Both the position numbers and the translations under genes were made by a program. From Betaproteobacteria bacterium (GTDB lineage Bacteria > Pseudomonadota > Gammaproteobacteria > Burkholderiales > Casimicrobiaceae), in the NCBI GenBank assembly GCA_013298455.1, contig JAAFHR010000001.1:1-43593 (forward strand): a stretch of DNA of 43,593 nucleotides. Reading direction: 5' to 3'. Within the stretch, counting starts at the first letter, position 1; every line of letters begins with the position of its first letter. Below, in pieces: positions 9,270-18,089 of this stretch. A model generated the notes under the pieces. That model worked only from the letters and a program-made list of their open reading frames with translations. It was not told the DNA's origin and searched no databases.

Positions 9270-9706
9270 TGCGCGAGGAGCGGCCTGGGCACGGCACGCA
9301 AGGTGGTGAGTTCGACCGAGCGCTGTTGATCAGTCGCTGAACGCGTCGCAGCGTTACCTGCGACGACTTTCGCGGTAACGCGCTTCAACAAATATGGAGG
9401 ACGAATCGGGTTGCCGGAATCCTCGAACGGTTCATCAACAACGGTGAGCGTCCAAGTCATGTTGTCGCCCGACGAACCTGATTCAACGCCTTCGGTGAGC
9501 GGTTTTTCAATCCCGGCGCTCGCCAATAAACTCTGAGCCAGCGTGCTCGCTCGCGACAAATCCGCAGCAACGCCCGCCGCTCGAGTGCCGCCCGAAAAAA
9601 CGCCAGCGAGTGCGGTCAAACACATCGCCGCAATCACGACCGCAACGATCACTTCGATCAAGGTAAAGCCTGATGCTCGGCGCGGCGAAACCATGGGCAA
9701 GCTCAT
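9266..9706 (-). CDS. gspI: T2SS minor pseudopilin GspI
   Basis: SG|FTLIEVI prepilin site; ELTTLR C-terminus; operon position. Confidence 0.88.
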   Translation of the reverse strand: MSLPMVSPRRASGFTLIEVIVAVVIAAMCLTALAGVFSGGTRAAGVAADLSRASTLAQSLLASAGIEKPLTEGVESGSSGDNMTWTLTVVDEPFEDSGNPIRPPYLLKRVTAKVVAGNAATRSATDQQRSVELTTLRAVPRPLLAQ

Positions 9707-10215
9707 GCGTCGTCAATGGCAACGCGTCCCGTTAACCAATCCACATCAATGCGAAATTCGCGCTCTTTGTTCTTGAGCGTCACTCGACCGCCGGTTGAGC
9801 CACCATCAGGATAGAAACGAATCGAGCCGCGCTTTTCATCTTTGGTCTCGGCCACTGTGGTCGTTAATTCCAGCGCAATGCCCTCGGGTAGCTTCGACTT
9901 TTTACGAGCGTCGGCCAATTGAAACGTACGTGATTCGAAATCGAATTCAACGCCCACGTCGATGCGTTTGGCAACGGCCTCGGTACGCGCGAAGCGAAGC
10001 ACCTGCGCCACTTGACGCGCCGCCGCGCGATGCTCAGCGCCGGTGACACCGGATGAAAAAAGCGGTGGTGATAGCGCTGCGACTAACGCCAGAACGATGA
10101 TGACCGCCAAGAGCTCCAACATCGTGAAGCCGCGCACTCGTTTGTGCGCAAAGCGCGCCCCCCTGAACGCCCCAATAAACGGCGCTTTCAGAGCATATCG
10201 GCCTGCGAAGTCCAT
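9703..10215 (-). CDS. gspH: T2SS minor pseudopilin GspH
   Basis: RG|FTMLELL prepilin site; IRFYPDGGSTGG and VDWLTGRV motifs. Confidence 0.9.
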   Translation of the reverse strand: MDFAGRYALKAPFIGAFRGARFAHKRVRGFTMLELLAVIIVLALVAALSPPLFSSGVTGAEHRAAARQVAQVLRFARTEAVAKRIDVGVEFDFESRTFQLADARKKSKLPEGIALELTTTVAETKDEKRGSIRFYPDGGSTGGRVTLKNKEREFRIDVDWLTGRVAIDDA

Positions 10216-10266
10216 TTTATAAGGCGTTCAGCGTAGGCGGTTTTAGCGTGTAACAGCACAAAACCG

Positions 10267-10713
10267 TTAGCTCTTAACGATGTCGGCGTTTTCGCCTTCG
10301 CCGCCTTCTTTGCCATCAGCGCCCAATGACTTGAGCTCAAACGGCGTGTTGTTAGGGCCAGGCACGGTGTACTTGTAATCGTTCGACCATGGGTCTTTGA
10401 TGTTGTCTTTGCGCAGGTACGGGCCATTCCAGTTGCTCAATCCGCCCGGATTTTTGAGGAGCGCTTCGAGCCCTTCTTGCGAGCTGGGGTAGCGGCCAAT
10501 TTCGAGCTTGAACAAATCAAGCGACTGCACCATTTGGCCCATTTCGGTACGCGCAGCGCCAGCTTTCGCTTTCTCGGTTTGCCCTAAGAATCGAGAGCCA
10601 ATCGTTGCCGCCAACACGCCAATAATGACGATCACCGCCAAGAGCTCCATCAAGGTGAAGCCCTTCTGGGCGGTGCGCAGCGCGCGCAGTGCGGATTTGT
10701 TTTGTAGGTTCAT
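10267..10713 (-). CDS. gspG: T2SS major pseudopilin GspG
   Basis: KG|FTLMELL, GRYPSSQEGLEAL, WNGPYL, DPW, SLGADGKEGGEGENADI; start moved to ATG 10713 behind GGAGA RBS. Confidence 0.96.
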   Translation of the reverse strand: MNLQNKSALRALRTAQKGFTLMELLAVIVIIGVLAATIGSRFLGQTEKAKAGAARTEMGQMVQSLDLFKLEIGRYPSSQEGLEALLKNPGGLSNWNGPYLRKDNIKDPWSNDYKYTVPGPNNTPFELKSLGADGKEGGEGENADIVKS

Positions 10714-10767
10714 TGTGTTCTCCAAGTCTCGATATCCATCAGGGGCAGAGGGGCTATGACTGCGCCG

Positions 10768-12003
10768 CTAGCCGTTAAATTCCGTTAATCCGAGCAATGC
10801 GCTAAGAAGCGCGTAAATAATGCCGCCAACAACCACAGCGAGCGTGACGATGAGCACCGGCTCCATCAACGCGAGCGCCCGTTTGAGCGATGTGTTGACT
10901 TCAACGTCATACACGTCGGCGACCTTCATCAGCATGCTGTCGAGCCGACCGGTTTCCTCGCCCACGGCCACCATGTGTACTGCGAGCTTGGGATACAAGC
11001 CCGTTTCCATCAATGGCCGCGCGAAACCTTGGCCCTCTTTGAGCCGCGCCAACACACCGTCGAGCGAATTGGCGAGCGCTCGATTGTCGATCGTATCTTT
11101 CACGATGGTGAGCGCGGGCAGCAGGCTCACGCCGTTGCCCAAGAGCGTACCGAGCGTACGGGCGAAACGCGCGACTTCGATTTTGCGAAACAAATCGCCA
11201 ATCACCGGCATCGTGAGCTTTCGCAAGTGCCATTTCAGCTCGCCCGCAGGTGTGCGCATCCGGCCGCGAATCAACACGATCAGCGCGACCACGCCCAGAA
11301 TAATCATCCAGCCGTCGTTACGCATAAATTGCGACATCGCGAGCAGATTCTCTGTAGCGGGCGGAAGCGCTTTGCCGAATTGCCGAAACGTTGCCTCAAA
11401 CTTGGGCACCACAAAAAAGATCATCACCAGCACGGCAATCACTGCAACTGCGACCAAAATCACCGGATACAACAGCGCCGATTGCACGTTAGACCGAAGC
11501 TCAGCGCTGCGCTCTTGAAACTCGGAGATTCGTGCGAGCACCGGACCGAGCGAGCCGCTAGCTTCACCAGCGCGCACCATATTCACATAGAGCCGATCAA
11601 AGTGTTTTGGATGCTCGGCGAGCGCTTGCGATAGCGCTTTACCGCCGCGAACGCGATCACGAATGTCTTGCATCATCACGGCCATCGGGCCGGATTCAGC
11701 GAGCGACGTGAGGAGCTCAAACGCGCGATCGAGCGGCAATCCAGCAGACACCAAATTCGATAAATCGCGAGTGAACGCGATGACTTGTTCGCGGGTGACT
11801 TTCCGAGGGCGGAGCAATTGTCCGATAAAACTTTTGCGCTCGTTTTGCGCGGCAATCGCGGCCTGTGCAGCAGGCTTGATGCCAAGCAAAATAAGCCCTT
11901 GTTCGCGCACGCGCTCAACGGCTTCAGCCTCGGTTACCGCTTCAATCTGCGCCGAAACCGATTCGCCCGACGCGCGGACGGCTTGAAATGCGAACAGTGC
12001 CAC
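10768..12003 (-). CDS. gspF: T2SS inner membrane platform protein GspF
   Basis: Duplicated GspF domains (YVNMVRAGEASG, MVAVGEETG) with TM segments. Confidence 0.96.
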   Translation of the reverse strand: MALFAFQAVRASGESVSAQIEAVTEAEAVERVREQGLILLGIKPAAQAAIAAQNERKSFIGQLLRPRKVTREQVIAFTRDLSNLVSAGLPLDRAFELLTSLAESGPMAVMMQDIRDRVRGGKALSQALAEHPKHFDRLYVNMVRAGEASGSLGPVLARISEFQERSAELRSNVQSALLYPVILVAVAVIAVLVMIFFVVPKFEATFRQFGKALPPATENLLAMSQFMRNDGWMIILGVVALIVLIRGRMRTPAGELKWHLRKLTMPVIGDLFRKIEVARFARTLGTLLGNGVSLLPALTIVKDTIDNRALANSLDGVLARLKEGQGFARPLMETGLYPKLAVHMVAVGEETGRLDSMLMKVADVYDVEVNTSLKRALALMEPVLIVTLAVVVGGIIYALLSALLGLTEFNG

Positions 12004-12010
12004 CGCTTAC

Positions 12011-13783
12011 CTAGCCTTCGCGCGTTGCACGCAACACTTCTTCGATGGTGGTGATGCCCGCGAGCACTTTGCGCAAACCGTTGTCGTACATCGGCTGCAT
12101 GCCCTCTTCGAGCGCGGCTTTACGAATCTCTCCGGCGTTGGATTTCTTCATGATCAAACGACGCAAGCTTTCGGTGAGCGGCATGAATTCAACGATGCAA
12201 ATTCGTCCGGTGAAGCCGGTGTTGGAGCATTGCTGGCAGCCGACCGGTTTGTACATGATGGGTTCGCCGCCCTGCAGCATGCGATCAAGTCCGATTTCTT
12301 TGACGAATTCTGGCGCGGGTGTGTAGGCTTGTTTGCAGTGATCGCAAAGGGTGCGCACCAAGCGCTGCGCCAACACGCCAACGAGCGTGCTGGTGAGCAA
12401 ATAGTCTTCCACGCCCATATCGAGCAACCGAGACACCGTGGCTGGCGCGTCGTTGGTGTGCAAGGTCGAGAGCACCAAGTGACCGGTAAGCGCTGCTTGA
12501 ATAGCGATTTCAGCGGTTTCCAAATCGCGAATCTCACCGATCATGATCACATCGGGATCTTGGCGAACGATCGAGCGAAGCGCGTTGGCGAAGGTCAAAT
12601 CAATTTGCGGTTTGACCTGAATTTGATTGATGCCCGCCATTTGATATTCAACAGGATCTTCGACCGTCAAAATCTTTACGTCGGGCTTATTGAGCTGATC
12701 GAGCGCGGTGTAGAGCGTGGTCGTTTTGCCGCTACCAGTAGGGCCGGTGACGAGCAAGACGCCGTTGGGTTGCGCGAGCGCCGCTTCGAAGCGAGCGAGC
12801 AAATCCGGCTCGAAACCCAACTTTTGGAAATTGAGCGCGACGCCGCCTTTGTCGAGAATACGCATCACGACGCTCTCGCCGTGCATCGTGGGCACAGTCG
12901 ATACACGCAGATCAATCTCTTTGCCTTGAATGCGCAAACGAATGCGTCCGTCTTGCGGCAAACGGCGCTCGGCAATATCCAAGTTCGCCATGATTTTGAT
13001 CCGCGAAATCACCGCAGCGGCCAAGCGCTTCGGTGGCGATTCAATTTCGTGCAGCACGCCGTCAATGCGATATCGAACGATCAAACGGTTCTCAAACGGC
13101 TCGATGTGAATATCCGACGCGCGCGCTTCGAGCGCGTTGGTCATGATGAGGCTCACCAGTCGAATCACAGGCGCTTCCGAGGCCAAATCTTTGAGCTGCT
13201 GAACGTCTGCACCGAGCGCTTCGCCTTCGAATTGCGCTTCTAAATTGCCATCAGAGAGCTGTGCGACTTGCGTGCGCCCGCCGCCGTAAAGCCGCTCAAT
13301 CGCAGCGTCGACTTCGGAGCCCACAGCGACTACGCGCTGCACCTTGCGGCTGGTAACGAGTTCAAACGAATGCAGCGCGAAATCGTCGTACGGATCGGCC
13401 ACGGCGAGCGTTAACGCATCGTGGCTTTCCTCAACGGGAAGCGCACGGGCATCGCGCAAAAAGCGCGGCGAAATTTTCTCTTCGAGAATCGGGATTTCGG
13501 GGAAGGCGGAAGCTTCGACGAACGGCAAGCCAGATTGTGCGGCGAGCGCTTGTGCGATGTCTCGGGCGGACACCACGCCAAGCGTGGTCAGGAGCGAGCC
13601 GAGCTTTTCGCGGGTGCTGCTTGAAGCTTGCAGTCGAAGCACGCGATCAAGTTCTGCCGGATCAATTTTGAGGCGTTGCAGCAGAATTTGCCCGAGCGGC
13701 ACCCGAGCGCGGGGTTCTTCGTGCTGGAACTGCGGTTCGATCTGCGTTTCTGTGTCGGCGATTTCCACCCGGCGGCCTTGCAT
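12011..13783 (-). CDS. gspE: T2SS ATPase GspE with extended N-terminal (MshEN-like) domain
   Basis: Walker A GPTGSGKTT, EDPVE, RQDPDVIMIGEIRD, His box, CxxC...CxxC zinc motif. Confidence 0.97.
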   Translation of the reverse strand: MQGRRVEIADTETQIEPQFQHEEPRARVPLGQILLQRLKIDPAELDRVLRLQASSSTREKLGSLLTTLGVVSARDIAQALAAQSGLPFVEASAFPEIPILEEKISPRFLRDARALPVEESHDALTLAVADPYDDFALHSFELVTSRKVQRVVAVGSEVDAAIERLYGGGRTQVAQLSDGNLEAQFEGEALGADVQQLKDLASEAPVIRLVSLIMTNALEARASDIHIEPFENRLIVRYRIDGVLHEIESPPKRLAAAVISRIKIMANLDIAERRLPQDGRIRLRIQGKEIDLRVSTVPTMHGESVVMRILDKGGVALNFQKLGFEPDLLARFEAALAQPNGVLLVTGPTGSGKTTTLYTALDQLNKPDVKILTVEDPVEYQMAGINQIQVKPQIDLTFANALRSIVRQDPDVIMIGEIRDLETAEIAIQAALTGHLVLSTLHTNDAPATVSRLLDMGVEDYLLTSTLVGVLAQRLVRTLCDHCKQAYTPAPEFVKEIGLDRMLQGGEPIMYKPVGCQQCSNTGFTGRICIVEFMPLTESLRRLIMKKSNAGEIRKAALEEGMQPMYDNGLRKVLAGITTIEEVLRATREG

Positions 13784-13874
13784 TGTTTATTTTCGGGACA
13801 ACCCTGAGATTCTAGTTGGGCGGGAAGGTTCACCTACAATCTCGCCGTTTCACTCCATTTTCGACCGGAATTTC

Positions 13875-14039
13875 ATGAAAAAGTACATGTGCCTGATCTG
13901 CGGCTGGATTTACGACGAAGCCGAGGGTTGCGCCGACGACGGTATCGCCGCGGGCACCAAGTGGGACGACGTGCCGATCAATTGGACCTGCCCGGAGTGC
14001 GGCGCGAGGAAAGACGATTTCGAGATGGTCGAGATTTAG
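13875..14039 (+). CDS. Rubredoxin
   Basis: 54 aa MKKYMCLICGWIYD...WTCPECG; two CxxCG motifs; TACAAT at 13835-13840 upstream; the longer ORF from 13344 is a shadow extension. Confidence 0.95.
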   Translation: MKKYMCLICGWIYDEAEGCADDGIAAGTKWDDVPINWTCPECGARKDDFEMVEI

Positions 14040-14049
14040 CGCTTCGCTA

Positions 14050-14087
14050 AGGACGAGAGGACGAAGGACGACGTTTCGCTAGGACGC
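14050..14087 (+). repeat. Short tandem AGGACG(A) repeats
   Basis: AGGACGAG AGGACGA AGGACGA ... AGGACGC, with TTCGCT(A)AGGACG occurring twice. Confidence 0.55.
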
Positions 14088-14281
14088 GAGCAGACTTCGT
14101 TGCTTGATTTTGCTTTTGGCTGATTGAGTGGGCGCTTTAAAGAATAAGGGCTTTATCTCATATTATTGGTCTATCAAAGCTTCGCTTCATCGGCTTGGAC
14201 GCCACAACTCGGTTGACGTTCATTGAAAAAGTTGGTTTGGATGTTTGTCGCCCGGTGTCTGATCGTGACGACGCGATGCTT

Positions 14282-14354
14282 GTAGGCGACGACCTGGCAT
14301 CGCTTCGTGGAATGACGAGCACGCCCACGCAAGCGCGCCCAGGTGCGCGCCTAC
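14282..14354. repeat. GTAG-family REP inverted pair (REPIN-like)
   Basis: GTAGGCGACGACCTGGCATCGC on + and GTAGGCGCGCACCTGGGCGCGC on -, between convergent genes. Confidence 0.55.
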
Positions 14355-14361
14355 CGCGCAG

Positions 14362-15243
14362 CTAGGCGATCAGGTAGTGATCCGCGAGCAGCGCTGCAAA
14401 GAGCAGCGACAAATAGGTGAGTGAATAGCGAAACACCGCTTTTGATTTTTGATCGGTGTAATCGTTTTTCAGATTCCAGACGAGCTGAATGAATCTGAGC
14501 CCTAGGATCACGGCAGCGGCGGCGTAGAGCCAGCTGTTCATTCGAATCGCTACGGGTAGCAGCGAGACGCCGAGCAAAATGAACGTGTAGAGCAGCATGT
14601 TGAGTAGCGTGAAATCGCGACCATGCGTGATCGGGAGCATTGGCAGGCCCGATTTTTCATAATCGTCGACTCGGTACAGCGCCAGCGCCCAAAAATGCGG
14701 CGGCGTCCAAGCGAAGATGATGAGAAACAGGAGGAGCGGCGGGGCGCTCACGTCGTTGGCGACCGCTGTCCAGCCAAGCACCGGCGGCATTGCGCCCGCC
14801 GCACCGCCGATCACGATGTTTTGCGGTGTGTTGGGCTTCAGGTACAGCGTGTAAATGAACGAATAACCAAAGAACGTGGCCAAAGTGAGCGCCCACGTTA
14901 AGACGTTGGTCGTGACGATCAAGACAGCGCTGCCGAGGGCGCCAAGGATTAACGCAAAGATCACAATTTGCATCGTTGAGAGCGCGCCCGAGGCCGACGG
15001 CCGCCAATCGGTGCGCTTCATTTTGGCGTCGACCGTCGCTTCGAGTAAGCAATTCATCGCGAAGCTCGCACCCGCCAGAAGCCAAATGCCGATGCAGCCA
15101 CCGACCACGACCGACCAAGGCGGAAACGCTTGATCCACGAGCAGCATGCCGATGAATGACGTGAACACCGCCAAGAGCGTGACGCGCGGCTTGGTGACCG
15201 TCCAGAAGTCGCGCCAAGAGGATTGGGATGTGGGATTAGACAT
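14362..15243 (-). CDS. cyoE: Protoheme IX farnesyltransferase (heme O synthase)
   Basis: TKPRV, DAKMKRTDWRP, LKPNTPQNIVIGGAAGAMPP, WTPPHFWALA; start set at ATG 15243 because the longer ORF begins in a repeat. Confidence 0.96.
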   Translation of the reverse strand: MSNPTSQSSWRDFWTVTKPRVTLLAVFTSFIGMLLVDQAFPPWSVVVGGCIGIWLLAGASFAMNCLLEATVDAKMKRTDWRPSASGALSTMQIVIFALILGALGSAVLIVTTNVLTWALTLATFFGYSFIYTLYLKPNTPQNIVIGGAAGAMPPVLGWTAVANDVSAPPLLLFLIIFAWTPPHFWALALYRVDDYEKSGLPMLPITHGRDFTLLNMLLYTFILLGVSLLPVAIRMNSWLYAAAAVILGLRFIQLVWNLKNDYTDQKSKAVFRYSLTYLSLLFAALLADHYLIA

Positions 15244-15292
15244 GGGCAAGCTCCGAGTGGCGCGCGTCGCCGTGAGTTGCCGACCGTGAAGT

Positions 15293-15392
15293 CCCCTCCC
15301 CTTCAAGGGGAGGGTTAGGGTGGGGATGGTTTTTGGTTCGAACGCCGCAGAAAACCATCCCCCTCCCAGCCTCCCCCTTGAAGGGGGAGGGG
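15293..15392. repeat. Palindromic REP/MITE-like element (CCCCTCCCC-TTCAAGGGGAGG family)
   Basis: About 42-bp imperfect inverted arms 15293-15334 and 15351-15392, each with an internal hairpin. Confidence 0.85.
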
Positions 15393-15434
15393 CAGCGCGG
15401 CGCTACTCTGCTCATTGCGTTCGCCTGCATCATC

Positions 15435-15962
15435 CTATCCAATTCTCGACGCCTTCATCAAGCGACCCAAATCGCGGTTGAGCTTTTTGATATCAGCGTC
15501 ATTCGGCCACACCATCACTTGATTGCCCAGCGGGTCGATCAGTAAAACACCTTTGTTGAGCGCGGCGCGGAGCTCGCCCGACATCTGCGATGGCACGGCC
15601 ATGGGCATCACATCCGGATGCGTGACTTTGAGCGCCGCTTCATTGGGATTGGCGACGAGTGCGACGCGCACGAGCCGTTCGCGTTCGCGGCCGAGCATGG
15701 TGCGGGCTTGGCGGGTGACGAAGAGCGACTGCTGGCAGGCTTCGGCGCAGACTTCGGGCTCGAAGTGCACGAGCCGCCATTTGCCTTTGAGCGCAGGATC
15801 AGCAAACAACACGCCGACATCGGGCAGCGGTTTAGTTTCTAGAAGCGTGCCGTAGCTCTGACCGCCCTCGGGTTTGTAGAAGTAGTAGGCCGTCCAGGCC
15901 GACACAAAGGGCGCGGCGCACACCAGCGCGACGAGCAAAATCATTTTGTTGGGGGACTTCAC
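15435..15962 (-). CDS. Membrane-anchored thioredoxin/SCO-like protein of cox operons
   Basis: TM helix, YGTLL, LKGKWRLV, CxxxC (CAEAC), LIDPLGN, DLGRLMKASRIG; GTG start overlapping the SURF1 stop (GTGA). Confidence 0.8.
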   Translation of the reverse strand: MKSPNKMILLVALVCAAPFVSAWTAYYFYKPEGGQSYGTLLETKPLPDVGVLFADPALKGKWRLVHFEPEVCAEACQQSLFVTRQARTMLGRERERLVRVALVANPNEAALKVTHPDVMPMAVPSQMSGELRAALNKGVLLIDPLGNQVMVWPNDADIKKLNRDLGRLMKASRIG

Positions 15963-16729
15963 GATACAGGCACTTTCCGAAAACTCATCACGACAAACAA
16001 CACCGCTGCGAGCACGGCAAAAGCGTACCACTGCACTTGATACGCACGATTTTTTTCAAAATTCAAACCGGGCGGCGCGCGCGTTGCACCGAGAAACCCG
16101 TCGCCGCTGGTTTGCTCCAACACGAACGGCGCGAGCGCTACGCCGACTTGTTTGGAAAGTTCGGCGAGGTTGATGTAGTTGAGGCGCTGGCTTTGGCCGT
16201 CGTTGTCGGCGGTGCCGGGATTTCGTGAGACTGGCACATTGATTCGGCCGGTGATCGCGACGTTGCCGTTGGGGGTGTCGACCTTGGGCAGTGTGGCGTG
16301 ATTGCCCGCCGCCGCAAGCCAGCCGCGATCAACGAGCACATGACGCGTGCTGCCGCCAGTTTCGACGGCCAGCACCTGAACAACCGCGTAACCCGCCTTG
16401 CCGTCTTGGATTCGGTTGTCAACAAACAGTGACGTCGCGCCCACAAACCGCCCGTTGGCGACGACGGACTGGTAGCGCTGGGCGGTGGCTGCGTCGGGAG
16501 TTTGCGGCGCTTCGGTGAACGGCATCGACGCGGCCGAACTAGCGGCGTTGAGTTGCGCTTGTTGCGCAATTTTGTAGTCTGCCTTACCGCCTTGCCAGTT
16601 GCCTAAGTGAATCGTGATCGCGGCAAATGCGGCAGCGACGAGCGCCCAAATCCAACGCGGGCGGAAGACGCGCTTGGTGAGCGGTGCTCCGGCACTGGGT
16701 TCGATACTGGCGTGATCGTTGGCGTTCAA
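15959..16729 (-). CDS. SURF1 family cytochrome oxidase biogenesis protein
   Basis: LGNWQ, LVDRGW, YQVQWY motifs; two TM helices. Confidence 0.93.
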   Translation of the reverse strand: MNANDHASIEPSAGAPLTKRVFRPRWIWALVAAAFAAITIHLGNWQGGKADYKIAQQAQLNAASSAASMPFTEAPQTPDAATAQRYQSVVANGRFVGATSLFVDNRIQDGKAGYAVVQVLAVETGGSTRHVLVDRGWLAAAGNHATLPKVDTPNGNVAITGRINVPVSRNPGTADNDGQSQRLNYINLAELSKQVGVALAPFVLEQTSGDGFLGATRAPPGLNFEKNRAYQVQWYAFAVLAAVLFVVMSFRKVPVS

Positions 16730-16750
16730 TCGGGGTCCTACAATGGCGAG

Positions 16751-16957
16751 ATGCGTTGGATAGTTATTCTCAGTTTGGTGGCGATCGTCGTTTCGATGGC
16801 AAGCGCTTTGTATTTCATGTACAGCGACGGCGGCAAGGGCGGCAATCGCATGTTTCGCGCGCTGGCGCTTCGAGTGGGGCTATCGGTCGGACTCTTTGTG
16901 TTTCTGATGGTTGCGTACAAACTCGGCTATATCGGCCCGCGCGGTGTGGGAAGTTAG
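16751..16957 (+). CDS. Twin-transmembrane small protein (DUF2909/HIG1-like)
   Basis: 68 aa MRWIVILSLV...RALALRVGLS...LGYIGP; inverted gene between coxC and SURF1, a conserved arrangement. Confidence 0.88.
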   Translation: MRWIVILSLVAIVVSMASALYFMYSDGGKGGNRMFRALALRVGLSVGLFVFLMVAYKLGYIGPRGVGS

Positions 16958-17140
16958 CGGTTTCCTTGATCGCCTTTGGCTTTTAAAGCCTCGTGTCATA
17001 AGGGTTTGAAGCCTATTCGATCCATTTTCGAAGCAGCGCCATGTATCTTTGCAGCCCTTATTGAATATGGCTTGCGTTCGTAAAGCTGTGCGTACAGCAT
17101 TGAGATATTCTGCGCTTTAATAAACGCCCCACCGACCAAC

Positions 17141-17167
17141 AAAAAAGCGGCGAATTCGCCGCTTTTT
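17141..17167. terminator. Bidirectional Rho-independent terminator
   Basis: AAAAAAGCGGCGAATTCGCCGCTTTTT palindrome between convergent DUF2909 and coxC. Confidence 0.88.
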
Positions 17168-17188
17168 CATTCGTAGTCAGTCGTTCGA

Positions 17189-18049
17189 TTACATCATGTA
17201 AACAACGACGAACAAGCCCAGCCACACGACGTCAACGAAATGCCAGTACCACGCGGCCGCTTCGAAGGCGAAGTGATGCTTTTCGTCGAAATGGCCGCGC
17301 ATGCAGCGAATCAAAACAACGGTGAGCATGATCACGCCAACGGTCACATGAAAACCGTGAAAACCGGTCAGCATGAAGAACGTTGAGCCGAAAATGCCTG
17401 AGGTGAGCTTCAGATTCAGGTCGCTGTAGGCGTGGACGTATTCGTAAACTTGGAAGCCCAAAAAGATGCAACCCAATACGATGGTTGCTGCAAGCCAAAG
17501 GATCAATTTGCTGCGCTGGCCGGCGAGCATGGCGTGGTGCGCGATGGTCAGAGTGATACCCGAGGTGAGCAGCAGCGCGGTGTTAATCGCAGGAATGCCC
17601 CATGCGCCCATCGGCGAAAACGGTGAATCGATGTAGGGGCCCGTGGTTGGCCATGCGCCGCCGAAATTCGGCCACAGAAGCTTCGAATCGATGCTGGCGA
17701 GATCAGGCACCGAATGGAGTCGAGCAAAGCCGAGCGCTCCAAAGAATGCAGCAAAAAACATCACTTCGGAAAAGATGAACCAGCTCATGCTCCAGCGAAA
17801 CGACAGATCCACGTTTTTGCCGTACAACCGCGCTTCGCTTTCCTTGATCACCGCGCCAAACCAGCCGAACATCATGAAAAACAAAATCGCGAAACCGACG
17901 GCGAGCACCGGAAAGCCGCCGTCGAGCTTGTTCATGGTCATCACCGCGCCGATGGCGAGCGTCAAAAGCGCAACGCTACCCACAATCGGCCAGATCGAAG
18001 GCTGCGGGACGTAGTAATGGCCGGGGGCGGAATGGGATGAAGCGCTCAT
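17189..18049 (-). CDS. coxC: Cytochrome c oxidase subunit III
   Basis: WFIFSEVMFF, TGFHGFHV, WYWHFVDVVW. Confidence 0.97.
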   Translation of the reverse strand: MSASSHSAPGHYYVPQPSIWPIVGSVALLTLAIGAVMTMNKLDGGFPVLAVGFAILFFMMFGWFGAVIKESEARLYGKNVDLSFRWSMSWFIFSEVMFFAAFFGALGFARLHSVPDLASIDSKLLWPNFGGAWPTTGPYIDSPFSPMGAWGIPAINTALLLTSGITLTIAHHAMLAGQRSKLILWLAATIVLGCIFLGFQVYEYVHAYSDLNLKLTSGIFGSTFFMLTGFHGFHVTVGVIMLTVVLIRCMRGHFDEKHHFAFEAAAWYWHFVDVVWLGLFVVVYMM

Positions 18050-18089
18050 AGTGGGTTCGCTTGGACTGGGTTACTAATCGGTTCGGGGC

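Noticed and set aside
10820-13243. Long plus-strand ORFs (232, 219, 337 aa) opposite gspF/gspE, and similar ones opposite ctaD, coxB and the M48 gene
   Set aside because: Antisense shadows of well-supported genes in GC-rich DNA; no motifs or RBS
13344-13874. 231-aa ORF suggesting a rubredoxin fusion
   Set aside because: Extension overlaps gspE antisense; the real protein starts at ATG 13875
13875-14039. Fifth Cys in rubredoxin (EGCADDG)
   Set aside because: Single substitution at a variable position; no evidence of function
15236-15545. Small ORFs containing PHPNPPLEGEG / PLPASPLKGEG
   Set aside because: Translations of the palindromic repeat, not genes
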